Shown: piece after piece, positions 1 to 7,370 of the stretch
Layout: each line of letters begins with the position of its first letter
Numbering within the stretch: the first letter of the stretch is position 1
Source of the DNA: Acidobacteriota bacterium
GTDB lineage: Bacteria; Acidobacteriota; Thermoanaerobaculia; UBA5066; Gp7-AA6
Assembly: GCA_046724475.1 (NCBI GenBank)
Contig: JBKOVK010000039.1
Span: forward strand, 1 to 53,805
Length of the DNA: 53,805 bases
Reading direction: 5' to 3'
The notes under the pieces: generated by a model
The model's database searches: none
The model's input: only the letters and a program-made list of their open reading frames with translations
What the model was told of the DNA's origin: nothing
Program-made: the position numbers and the translations under genes

Positions 1-690
1 TCGCATGCCTCAGGCGCCAACGGCGACTTCTTCCGCACCGATCTCCACGTGACCAACGTGGGCGCCGCGCCGGCCGGGTTTGCGATCTCCCTGCTCCCGC
101 GCGTGCTCACCGGAACTCCCGGCGCCGCCCCGTCCCACACGCTCGCGCCGGGACAGACGCTCGAGCTTTCGGACGTGCTCGCGAGCGAGTTCGGGCTGGC
201 CGACCCCTCGGCCGCGGGGCTGCGGATCCATCCGACTCCGGGAGCGCGGCTGGCTGTCTCGAGCCGGACGTACGTCGTGAAGTTCGGAGGCACGTTCGGC
301 TTCTCGATCCCGGGCCTTTCCTCCGACGGCGCGTTCGGCGCCGGCGACGGAACCTCGGCCGTCCTGCAGCTGGAATCCACGACGGCGGCCACCGGATTCC
401 GATCCAACTTCGGGTTCGCCGAGATCGCCGGTGCGGACGCGGTCGTCCGCGTCGCGGCCGTCAGTGGGGACACCGGCCAGGAGCTCGGCGCGGCGCTGTA
501 CACCGTGCGCGCCGGACAGTCGTTCCAGGCGGGTGTCGCCGACCTCCTCCATGGCGTGCCCGTGTCCAACGTTTACCTGCGCATGCAGGTCGTGTCCGGT
601 TCCGGCCGCATCCTGGCCTACGGCGCCGCGATCGACAACAGGTCCGGCGACGCGATTTACATACCGGCGCAAAGCGAGGCGAACCCATAG
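1..690 (+). CDS. Hypothetical secreted beta-rich protein, 5'-truncated by window edge
   Basis: The frame is open from base 1 (SHASGANGDFFRTDLHVTNVG...) to TAG at 688-690. Two similar modules (FRTDL..VTN / FRSNFGFAEI, ending AAIDNRSGDAIYIPA) give a non-shadow amino-acid composition. It lies 12 nt upstream of the cytochrome gene. Confidence 0.6.
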   Translation, partial: SHASGANGDFFRTDLHVTNVGAAPAGFAISLLPRVLTGTPGAAPSHTLAPGQTLELSDVLASEFGLADPSAAGLRIHPTPGARLAVSSRTYVVKFGGTFGFSIPGLSSDGAFGAGDGTSAVLQLESTTAATGFRSNFGFAEIAGADAVVRVAAVSGDTGQELGAALYTVRAGQSFQAGVADLLHGVPVSNVYLRMQVVSGSGRILAYGAAIDNRSGDAIYIPAQSEANP

Positions 691-702
691 AATAGAACGT
701 CG

Positions 703-3465
703 ATGTCTGCGGCTTTTCCGAAGCCCTCCGGGCCCGGCGTTCTGAAGCCCTGGCAGCGCCGTCTCTATCGCCTCCTCCTGATTCCGCTCGGCCTGATCGC
801 CGCCAACTCGATCTTCATCTCGGCCTTCACGCGGGATACCGCGTTTTTCTACGCGATGCTCCTGCTGCACCTGACGCTGGGGCTGCTCATCGCGATTCCC
901 TTCTTCGTCTTCGCCGTCACCCATGCGAAGCGAATGATCCGGATGTGGAACAAGCGCGCCAAGTACGCGGGTCTGGCCATCTTCACGCTGGCGATCGTCT
1001 GCGTCTCCACCGGCCTCTTCATGACGTTCCGCGGCGCCACCCTGAACAACCGGGTCGTCTGGCTCCTGCACGTCTCCTCGGTGCCGCTGGCCCTGGTGGC
1101 GTTCATCCTCCACCGGCGCGCGCACACGCACCGACTGCAATTCCGAAGGCTCTACGCCTGGGGAGGCGCCGTCGCGGCCTTCCTCGGCGCGATGGCGGTC
1201 CTGGCCAAGCTCGAGAAGCCGCCGAAACGGATCGTCAACGTCAATGGCGACACCGTCTTCTATCCCTCCGCCTCCGAGACGTTCGACCAGGGCCTCCTCG
1301 ACGGAAAGAAGCTCGCGGCCAACGGTTACTGCAAGGAATGCCATCCGGACTCCTTCCACCAGTGGGAGAGATCGGCGCACCGCTTCTCATCGTTCAACAA
1401 CCCGTTCTACCGGAAGAGCGTCGAGCTGATGGCCGATCAGGCCGGACGCGAACGGACCAAGTGGTGCTCGGGCTGCCACGATCCCGTGGTGCTTTTCACG
1501 GGACAGATGGGCGCGGCAACGCAGGCGGCTTTCTCGTACGACTCCTGGGAGGCCCAGCAGGGGCTGACCTGCATGTCCTGCCACTCGATCGCGGAGGTCA
1601 AGGACGTCAAGGGCAACGGTTCGTACGTCATCGAGGAATCCAAGCAGTACCCGTTCGCCTTCTCGGACAACGCGGCGCTGCGCGCGGTCAACCGGCTTCT
1701 CATCCGCATGGAGCCGTCTCTCCACCGCAAGACCTTCATGAAGCCGTTCATGCGCACGCCCGAGTTCTGCTCGACGTGCCACAAGGTCGCGCTGATCCCG
1801 GCGCTCAACTCCTACCGCTGGATGCGGGGGCAAGACCACTACGACAGCTGGTACGACTCGGGCGTGTCGGGCCGCGCCGTGCGCTCGTTCTACGATCCGC
1901 CCCAGGCTAAGGCCTGCCGCGACTGTCACCTGCCGCCATACCGCTCGGACGAGTTCGGAAACCGCGGCGGCTTTCTCCACGACCACGTCTTCCCCGCCGC
2001 CAACACGGCGCTGTCCGCGATTCGGGGCGACGCCGCGACGCAGAAGCAGATCCAGGACTTCCTCAAGAACAAAGTCCTCTCGGTGGACCTCTTCGCGATC
2101 CGGCGCGGTGAGCACACGCTGGTCCTGCAGGATCCGGTCCCGGAGGTCTTCCCGGGCGAGACGCTCGACGTCGAGGTCGTCATCCGCACGCGCGGCGTCG
2201 GGCATCCCTACACCAACGGCACGGCGGACTCCAACGAAACCTGGGTCTCCCTCGAGGCCGAGGGCTCGGGCAGGAAGTTTTTCCGAAGCGGCGTGCTCGA
2301 CGAGACCGGCCGCCTCGACGCTGGCGCCGACCGTCTCTGGACGCTGGTCATCGACCCGGCGGGACGTCACATGGACCGCCGCCAGCCCCAGGACATCCGG
2401 GTTCCGCTCTACAACAACGGTATCGCGCCCGGCGCGGCGCGTGTCGTCCACTACCGGATGACCGTCCCCGCCGACGCTTCGGGTGCGATCACGCTGACTG
2501 CCGGCACGCACTATCGAAAGTTCAGCCGCGACTACACGACGTTCTCGCTCGGCGAGGCGCACCCGTCTCTGCCGGTCACGACGCTCGCGAGCGACACGGT
2601 AACGCTGCCCATCTCCCTCTCCCCCCAACGGGGGGAGAGGGCCGGGGTGAGGGGGGTGGCCACTCCTCGGGGCAACTCCGACCCGCTCTGGCTGCGCTGG
2701 AACGACTACGGCATCGGCCTCTTCCTACAGGGAGACCTCAAAGGGGCGGCGAAGGCGTGGACGAAGGTCGAGGAGCTCGCGCCGGACAAGCCGGACGGTC
2801 CCCTGAACCGAGCCCGCGCCGAGATCGCGGAGGGCCGCCTCGCCGAAGCGAAGGCGTCGCTCGCGGAAGCCGAGAAGCGCCGGCCGGGCTGGGGCAAGAC
2901 CCAGTTCTTCCGCGCCACCGTGGCCAAGGACGAGGGCCGCCTCGGAGACGCCGAGACCGACCTGCGCGCGGTGCTCGAGAAATTCCCGGTGGACCGCGTG
3001 GCCTGGAACAACCTGGGCCTCGTCTACTGGCTCTCGGGCGACTTTCCGAAGGCGATCGACGCTTACTCGCGCACGCTCGCGATCGATCCCGAGGACCTGA
3101 ACGCCCACTACAACCTGATGCGCGTCTATCGCGCGCAGGGCGACCGCAAGAACGCCGACGCGCACGACGCCGCTTATCGCAAGTACAAGGACGACGAGAG
3201 CATCCGGGCGATCGCCGGAGAGTTCCGGCTCGAGAATCCGTACGCCAATCGCGAGTCGCTTCCGATTCACGTCCACGCGGAGGCGACGCCGCCGGCGGCG
3301 GTCGTTCCCGACTGGGTCGCGGGGACGGGACCGAAGGGTTACGAGACTGATCACGGCTACTTGACGCGCGCCCATCCGCCCGTTCCCTCGGAGAGCGCGC
3401 AGTGGTCCTACGTTTCCACGCAGACCAAACGTGCGCCCGCGACGCGGGTCTCGTCGGTCCCTTAA
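703..3465 (+). CDS. Membrane-anchored pentaheme c-type cytochrome with C-terminal TPR repeats
   Basis: 920 aa. About 5 N-terminal hydrophobic helices are followed by five CxxCH motifs (CKECH, CSGCH, CMSCH, CSTCH, CRDCH). The C-terminus carries TPR-like repeats (AWNNLGLVYWLSGDFPKAIDAYSRTLAIDPEDLNAHYNL). Confidence 0.85.
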   Translation: MSAAFPKPSGPGVLKPWQRRLYRLLLIPLGLIAANSIFISAFTRDTAFFYAMLLLHLTLGLLIAIPFFVFAVTHAKRMIRMWNKRAKYAGLAIFTLAIVCVSTGLFMTFRGATLNNRVVWLLHVSSVPLALVAFILHRRAHTHRLQFRRLYAWGGAVAAFLGAMAVLAKLEKPPKRIVNVNGDTVFYPSASETFDQGLLDGKKLAANGYCKECHPDSFHQWERSAHRFSSFNNPFYRKSVELMADQAGRERTKWCSGCHDPVVLFTGQMGAATQAAFSYDSWEAQQGLTCMSCHSIAEVKDVKGNGSYVIEESKQYPFAFSDNAALRAVNRLLIRMEPSLHRKTFMKPFMRTPEFCSTCHKVALIPALNSYRWMRGQDHYDSWYDSGVSGRAVRSFYDPPQAKACRDCHLPPYRSDEFGNRGGFLHDHVFPAANTALSAIRGDAATQKQIQDFLKNKVLSVDLFAIRRGEHTLVLQDPVPEVFPGETLDVEVVIRTRGVGHPYTNGTADSNETWVSLEAEGSGRKFFRSGVLDETGRLDAGADRLWTLVIDPAGRHMDRRQPQDIRVPLYNNGIAPGAARVVHYRMTVPADASGAITLTAGTHYRKFSRDYTTFSLGEAHPSLPVTTLASDTVTLPISLSPQRGERAGVRGVATPRGNSDPLWLRWNDYGIGLFLQGDLKGAAKAWTKVEELAPDKPDGPLNRARAEIAEGRLAEAKASLAEAEKRRPGWGKTQFFRATVAKDEGRLGDAETDLRAVLEKFPVDRVAWNNLGLVYWLSGDFPKAIDAYSRTLAIDPEDLNAHYNLMRVYRAQGDRKNADAHDAAYRKYKDDESIRAIAGEFRLENPYANRESLPIHVHAEATPPAAVVPDWVAGTGPKGYETDHGYLTRAHPPVPSESAQWSYVSTQTKRAPATRVSSVP
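2615..2641. repeat. Perfect 12-bp GC hairpin embedded in frame in the cytochrome-TPR gene
   Basis: CCCTCTCCCCCC-AAC-GGGGGGAGAGGG is followed by GCCGGGGTGAGGGGGG. It encodes ..SLSPQRGERAGVRGV.. in the linker between the heme and TPR regions. Confidence 0.8.
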
Positions 3466-5224
3466 CCGATCCTTGCGACGCCGAGACGCCGTCCTCGTCC
3501 TCTGCCTCGCCACGCTCGCCGGCGAAGCCTGCCGCCGCGCGGAGAAAGCCGCGGTGGCGCCGTCGCCGACGCCGGTACCCACACCGGCCATCTCGCTCCC
3601 GTTCGCCGAGAGAGCCGCGGAGCTCGGCGTGCGGTTCACGCACGTCACCGGCGCCTCCGGCCGCAAGTGGATGCCAGAGACGATGGGAGGCGGCGTCGCG
3701 ATCCTCGACTACGACGGCGACGGGCGTCCGGATCTCCTCTTCGTTTCGGGCACCTACTGGCCGGGCGACCCGCGTGCGAAGGACCAGAGGTCCGCGCTCA
3801 CTCTGTACCGCAACGAGGGCAACGACGCCGAAGGCCGGCCGCACTTTCGCGACGTCACGCGGGAAGCGGGGCTGGAGAAAGTCATGTACGGCATGGGCGC
3901 CTCGGTCGGCGACTACGACGGCGACGGCCGGGACGACATCTACGTCACCGCGCTCAATCGCAATTTTCTCTTTCACAATCTCGGGGGCCGCTTCGAGGAA
4001 GTCGCCGACCGGGCGGGCGTGCGGGACAACGGGTGGAGCACCTCCTCGGCGTGGCTCGACTTCGACGGCGACGGGCTCCTCGACCTCTTCGTCTGCCGTT
4101 ACGTCGACTGGAGCCCGGCGAAGGATCTGTTCTGCACGCTCGACGGCAAGACCAAGTCGTACTGCACGCCCGAGCGCTACCCGGGCGCGCCCTCGCGCCT
4201 CTACCGCAACCGCGGCAACGGCCGATTCGAGGACGTCACCAACCATGCCGGCGTCGGCAATCCCAACCAGAAGGCGCTCGGGGTTGCGCCGTGGGACTTC
4301 GACGGCGACGGCCGCATCGACATCCTCGTCGCCAACGACACCGCCCCCAACAACCTCTTTCGCAACCTGGGCGACGGGCGGTTCGAGGACGTCGGCATCC
4401 CGGCGGGCGTGGCCGTGGACGAGGCCGGACGCTCCCGGGGCGCGATGGGCGCGGCCTGGGCCGACACCAAGAACGGCAAGGGATTCGCCGTCGCGATCGG
4501 AAACTTTTCCAACGAGCTCAAATCCCTCTACTGGACGGAGACGGGCGAGGTCTTCCTCGACGAGTCCCCGAAGAGCGGCGTGGGCTCGAGCTCCCTTCTG
4601 GACCTGACGTTCGGCGTCCTGTTCTTCGATGCCGACTTGGACGGGCGAATGGACCTTCTCCTGGCCAACGGGCACGTCGAACCCACCGTCCAGGAGGTCC
4701 AGAAGGACGTCTCCTACCGCCAGGCGACGGCGCTCTATCGCAACCTCGGCGACGGCCGGTTCGACCGGCTCGGACCGCGCTCCGGCGACCTCGCGCAGCC
4801 GCTGGCGGCTCGGGGAGCCGCCTACGCGGACCTGGACGGCGACGGCGACATCGACGTGGTGCTCGTCGACAACGGCGGGCCCGCACGCATCTATCTCAAT
4901 CCCGTCAACGACCCGCGGCGAAGCGTGCGCGTGCGGCTGATCGGGGCCGGCAAGTCCAACCGCGACGCGATCGGAGCGAAGGTCACGGCCTCGATCGGCG
5001 GACGCACGCTGACCCAGCAAGTCTCGGGCGGCCAGTCGTACCTGTCGGCTTCGGAGAAAACCCTGACCTTCGGGCTCGGCGGCGCTTCCAAGATCGATTC
5101 CCTCGAGATTCGCTGGCCCGACGGAGCCGTGCAGACGCTCGCCGACGTTCCCGGCGGCGCACGGTTGACGCTGACCGAAGGGAAAAGCGATATCGTTGCT
5201 CCCGACGCGAGGACACGGCCATGA
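3431..5224 (+). CDS. CRTAC1-family protein (FG-GAP/VCBS repeats plus ASPIC/UnbV C-terminal domain)
   Basis: Repeated DxDGDG calcium-type motifs (DYDGDGRPDLLF, DYDGDGRDDIYV, DFDGDGLLDLFV, DFDGDGRIDILV, DLDGDGDIDVVLV). The C-terminal NRDAIGAKVT...GGQSYLSASEKTLTFGLG is typical of UnbV_ASPIC. The GTG start at 3431 overlaps the upstream gene by 35 nt, and the true start could be slightly downstream. Confidence 0.85.
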   Translation: MRPRRGSRRSLNRSLRRRDAVLVLCLATLAGEACRRAEKAAVAPSPTPVPTPAISLPFAERAAELGVRFTHVTGASGRKWMPETMGGGVAILDYDGDGRPDLLFVSGTYWPGDPRAKDQRSALTLYRNEGNDAEGRPHFRDVTREAGLEKVMYGMGASVGDYDGDGRDDIYVTALNRNFLFHNLGGRFEEVADRAGVRDNGWSTSSAWLDFDGDGLLDLFVCRYVDWSPAKDLFCTLDGKTKSYCTPERYPGAPSRLYRNRGNGRFEDVTNHAGVGNPNQKALGVAPWDFDGDGRIDILVANDTAPNNLFRNLGDGRFEDVGIPAGVAVDEAGRSRGAMGAAWADTKNGKGFAVAIGNFSNELKSLYWTETGEVFLDESPKSGVGSSSLLDLTFGVLFFDADLDGRMDLLLANGHVEPTVQEVQKDVSYRQATALYRNLGDGRFDRLGPRSGDLAQPLAARGAAYADLDGDGDIDVVLVDNGGPARIYLNPVNDPRRSVRVRLIGAGKSNRDAIGAKVTASIGGRTLTQQVSGGQSYLSASEKTLTFGLGGASKIDSLEIRWPDGAVQTLADVPGGARLTLTEGKSDIVAPDARTRP

Positions 5225-5718
5225 ACAGTTCCCGCACGTGTTGCGCCAGCCGGGAGTCCGAATACCTTCACGTCGCGGCGGGCGAGATTCCGGAGCTCGC
5301 CGCCCTCCTGATCGACGTCTCGCGTCCCGGAGAAGCGCACTCGACGTATCGCTGCCGCTCCTGCGGCCAGATGTGGCATGCGTACCGTCACGGCGAGGAC
5401 TTCGCCGTCGTCAAGGTCGGGGGCACGGCCCCGCCGGCGCGCCCGAGCGCGGAGCTTCCGCGTGCGCCGTCGGTTTCCTACGCTCCGGCGACGACGCCTC
5501 CTCCGCGAAAGGCGCGAGGCCTCTTCGGAGGCTTCGGAACGCTGATTCTTTCGATCCTGGCGTTCTACGCGCTGTGGGGACTCCCGGGGCTCAACCAGGG
5601 CAAGGTGGCCGAGTACGGCTGGCTCGCCCGATGGGTCGCCGGCGCGATCCTGGTCTTCCTCGCCGTCCAGACGATCGCCACCTGGATCGCGTCCCGGAAA
5701 GCCGTCCGGCGGGGATGA
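5221..5718 (+). CDS. Hypothetical membrane protein with Cys-rich N-terminal domain
   Basis: The ATG at 5221 overlaps the upstream stop (ATGA). The N-terminus has CC...CRSC cysteines, followed by a Pro-rich linker and two hydrophobic helices (LFGGFGTLILSILAFYALWG; WVAGAILVFLAVQTIATWIA). Confidence 0.6.
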   Translation: MNSSRTCCASRESEYLHVAAGEIPELAALLIDVSRPGEAHSTYRCRSCGQMWHAYRHGEDFAVVKVGGTAPPARPSAELPRAPSVSYAPATTPPPRKARGLFGGFGTLILSILAFYALWGLPGLNQGKVAEYGWLARWVAGAILVFLAVQTIATWIASRKAVRRG

Positions 5719-6191
5719 CCTCCGGGTCGGTCCGCGTTCGCGAAGCCCGTCCCGACGACCGCGCGTTCGTGATGGAGGCCGCCGAGCGTCTCGGGGAGTT
5801 CGGCCCGCCGCCAGGACGCACGGCCGGCGAGATCGTCGAAGGCGAGACTCGAACTCTGGCGCGCCACTTCGCCACGCCGTCCCCGCTGGAGACTCTCCTG
5901 CTTGCGGAAGATGCGGCGGGACGCCGTCTCGGCTTCGCGTTCCTCGAGGCGGCCGTGGACTACTTCACGGGAGAGTCCCACGGACACGTCGGCATCCTGG
6001 TCGTCGCGAAATCCGCCCAGGGAACCGGGGCGGGAAGCGCGCTTCTCGCGGCCGCCGAATCCTGGTCGAAAGCCCGGGGCTTTCGCCGTCTCACGCTCAA
6101 CGTCTTCGCGGGCAATCGCCACGCGCGCGAGGTCTACGAGCATGTCGGCTTCGCAGCCGAGACGCTGCGTTACGTCAAGTATCTTGAGTGA
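5715..6191 (+). CDS. GNAT family N-acetyltransferase
   Basis: The ATG at 5715 overlaps the upstream stop (ATGA). It has the GNAT motif A (VVAKSAQGTGAGSALLAAAESWSKARGFRRLTLNV) and ends REVYEHVGF. Confidence 0.8.
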   Translation: MTSGSVRVREARPDDRAFVMEAAERLGEFGPPPGRTAGEIVEGETRTLARHFATPSPLETLLLAEDAAGRRLGFAFLEAAVDYFTGESHGHVGILVVAKSAQGTGAGSALLAAAESWSKARGFRRLTLNVFAGNRHAREVYEHVGFAAETLRYVKYLE

Positions 6192-6627
6192 GCGAATTCG
6201 GCGCGCCCGCGTCTCCGACCGCGAAGAGCTCGCCCGGCTCTCGACCGAGCTGGGTTACCCGATGTCGGCGGACGAAGCCGAGAAACGCCTCGGCGAGATC
6301 GCCGGGCACCCCGATCACGTGCTCCTCGTCGCCGAGGCCGACGGCCGCGCGTCGGGCTGGATCCAGGTCAGCCTGACCCGTATCTTCGAGTCCGCCCGAC
6401 AGGCCGAGATCGCCGGGCTCGTCGTCGCCGAAGCAAGTCGGGGGCGCGGAATCGGGCGTCGGCTGGTGGAGGAAGCGGCGCGGTGGGCCCGCGAGAACGG
6501 CTGCGGGGCGCTGCGGGTGCGCACGAACGTGATCCGTGAGGCCGCGCAGCGCTTCTACCGGCGCGAAGGCTTCGCCGACGTCAAGACGCAGCGCGTTCTC
6601 GAGAAGAATCTGACCGGAGACGCCTAG
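6184..6627 (+). CDS. GNAT family N-acetyltransferase (second, tandem)
   Basis: It has the GNAT motif A (LVVAEASRGRGIGRRLVEEAARWARENGC) and RFYRREGF. The TTG start at 6184 is chosen because it overlaps the upstream stop, and its exact position is uncertain. Confidence 0.8.
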   Translation: MSERIRRARVSDREELARLSTELGYPMSADEAEKRLGEIAGHPDHVLLVAEADGRASGWIQVSLTRIFESARQAEIAGLVVAEASRGRGIGRRLVEEAARWARENGCGALRVRTNVIREAAQRFYRREGFADVKTQRVLEKNLTGDA

Positions 6628-7370
6628 ACGGTGCGGCCGTACGCCGGCGCCGGCGGATGGATCGCGAAGATCTTGACGAGGAAGACTCCCGCGAGGAAAC
6701 CGCCGATATGCGCGCCGTAGGCCACGCCGCCCCCCTCGGCGCCGATCGAGCCGGCGCCGCTGATGAGCTGGAAGAGGAACCAGACGCCGATGGCGAGGAT
6801 CGCCGGCACCTCGAGCATCTGGTAGAACCAGATCACCCTCACGCGGCGCCGCGGGAAGAGGACGATGTAGCCGCCGAGCACGCCCGAGATCGCCCCCGAC
6901 GCGCCGAGGCTCGGGATGAGCGGGTTGGCCCCGAAGAACGCCGTCACGAACACGTGCGCCAGGCCCGCGAGGACGCCCGTCAGGAGATAGAAGACCAGGT
7001 AGCGCGCGTGTCCGAGGATGCTCTCCAGGTTGTCGCCGAAGATCCAGAGGTAGAGCATGTTCCCGGCCAGGTGCATCAGGCTCCCGTGCATGAACATCGA
7101 GGTGATGAGCGTCAGGTAGACGGGGATCGGCGTGGGCTCGAGCTCGATTCCGCCGACCGCGCGGCCGTACTCGTCGCGGACCGGGATCGTCTGGGCGATG
7201 TCGTGGCCGCTCAGGATCTCCGCGGGCACCGTGACGAACGCCATCGTGAAGCGCTCGTTGGAACCGAGACCCTGAAAGAAGACGAAGACGAAAACGTTGA
7301 CGGCGATCAGGAGCCAGTTGACGATCGGGGCGCGCCGGCGGTCGGTGTTGTCGTCCCCGATGGGAATCAT
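6624..7370 (-). CDS. Rhomboid family intramembrane serine protease
   Basis: 248 aa and polytopic. It has HGSLMHLAGNMLYLWIFG, the catalytic GASGAISG motif and AHIGGFLAG. The ATG at 7370 overlaps the stop of the upstream CRTAC1 gene (ATGA). Confidence 0.85.
   Translation of the reverse strand: MIPIGDDNTDRRRAPIVNWLLIAVNVFVFVFFQGLGSNERFTMAFVTVPAEILSGHDIAQTIPVRDEYGRAVGGIELEPTPIPVYLTLITSMFMHGSLMHLAGNMLYLWIFGDNLESILGHARYLVFYLLTGVLAGLAHVFVTAFFGANPLIPSLGASGAISGVLGGYIVLFPRRRVRVIWFYQMLEVPAILAIGVWFLFQLISGAGSIGAEGGGVAYGAHIGGFLAGVFLVKIFAIHPPAPAYGRTV

Noticed and set aside
656-693. TTTACA (656-661) and TAGAAT (688-693), the same two hexamers as the mlaE promoter, upstream of the cytochrome gene.
   Set aside because: The spacer is 26 nt, too long for a sigma70 promoter, and TTTACA lies inside the coding sequence of the upstream gene. 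Only the TAGAAT hexamer is retained, as part of the -10-near-start pattern.
2738-5020. Very long ORFs antisense to, or out of frame with, the called genes. Examples are 2738-5020(-) 760 aa, 12507-14543(+) 678 aa, 15695-17827(-) 710 aa, 22404-24380(-) 658 aa, 33451-35790(+) 779 aa, 36181-39684(+) 1167 aa, 36809-38815(-) 668 aa, 45003-47036 upstream extension, and 51018-52604(+) 528 aa.
   Set aside because: Their translations are dominated by Arg, Gly, Pro and Ala, with no recognisable motifs. Each overlaps a gene with strong family signatures in another frame or strand. This is the typical stop-codon-poor shadow-ORF behaviour of very GC-rich DNA.
5715-6627. The tandem GNAT genes as possible TacT/AtaT-like toxin genes.
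   Set aside because: No small RHH or DUF1778 antitoxin gene lies next to either GNAT. They are translationally coupled to the preceding membrane and CRTAC1 genes rather than forming two-gene TA cassettes.
6624-7370. The rhomboid as a rhombosortase with GlyGly-CTERM substrates.
   Set aside because: Neither neighbouring CRTAC1/ASPIC protein ends in a Gly-Gly plus TM plus basic C-terminal sorting signal. Their C-termini are soluble-looking (..SMLPGGKRP, ..VRNFGKETK). The N-terminal anchor cleavage idea is kept only as a hypothesis.
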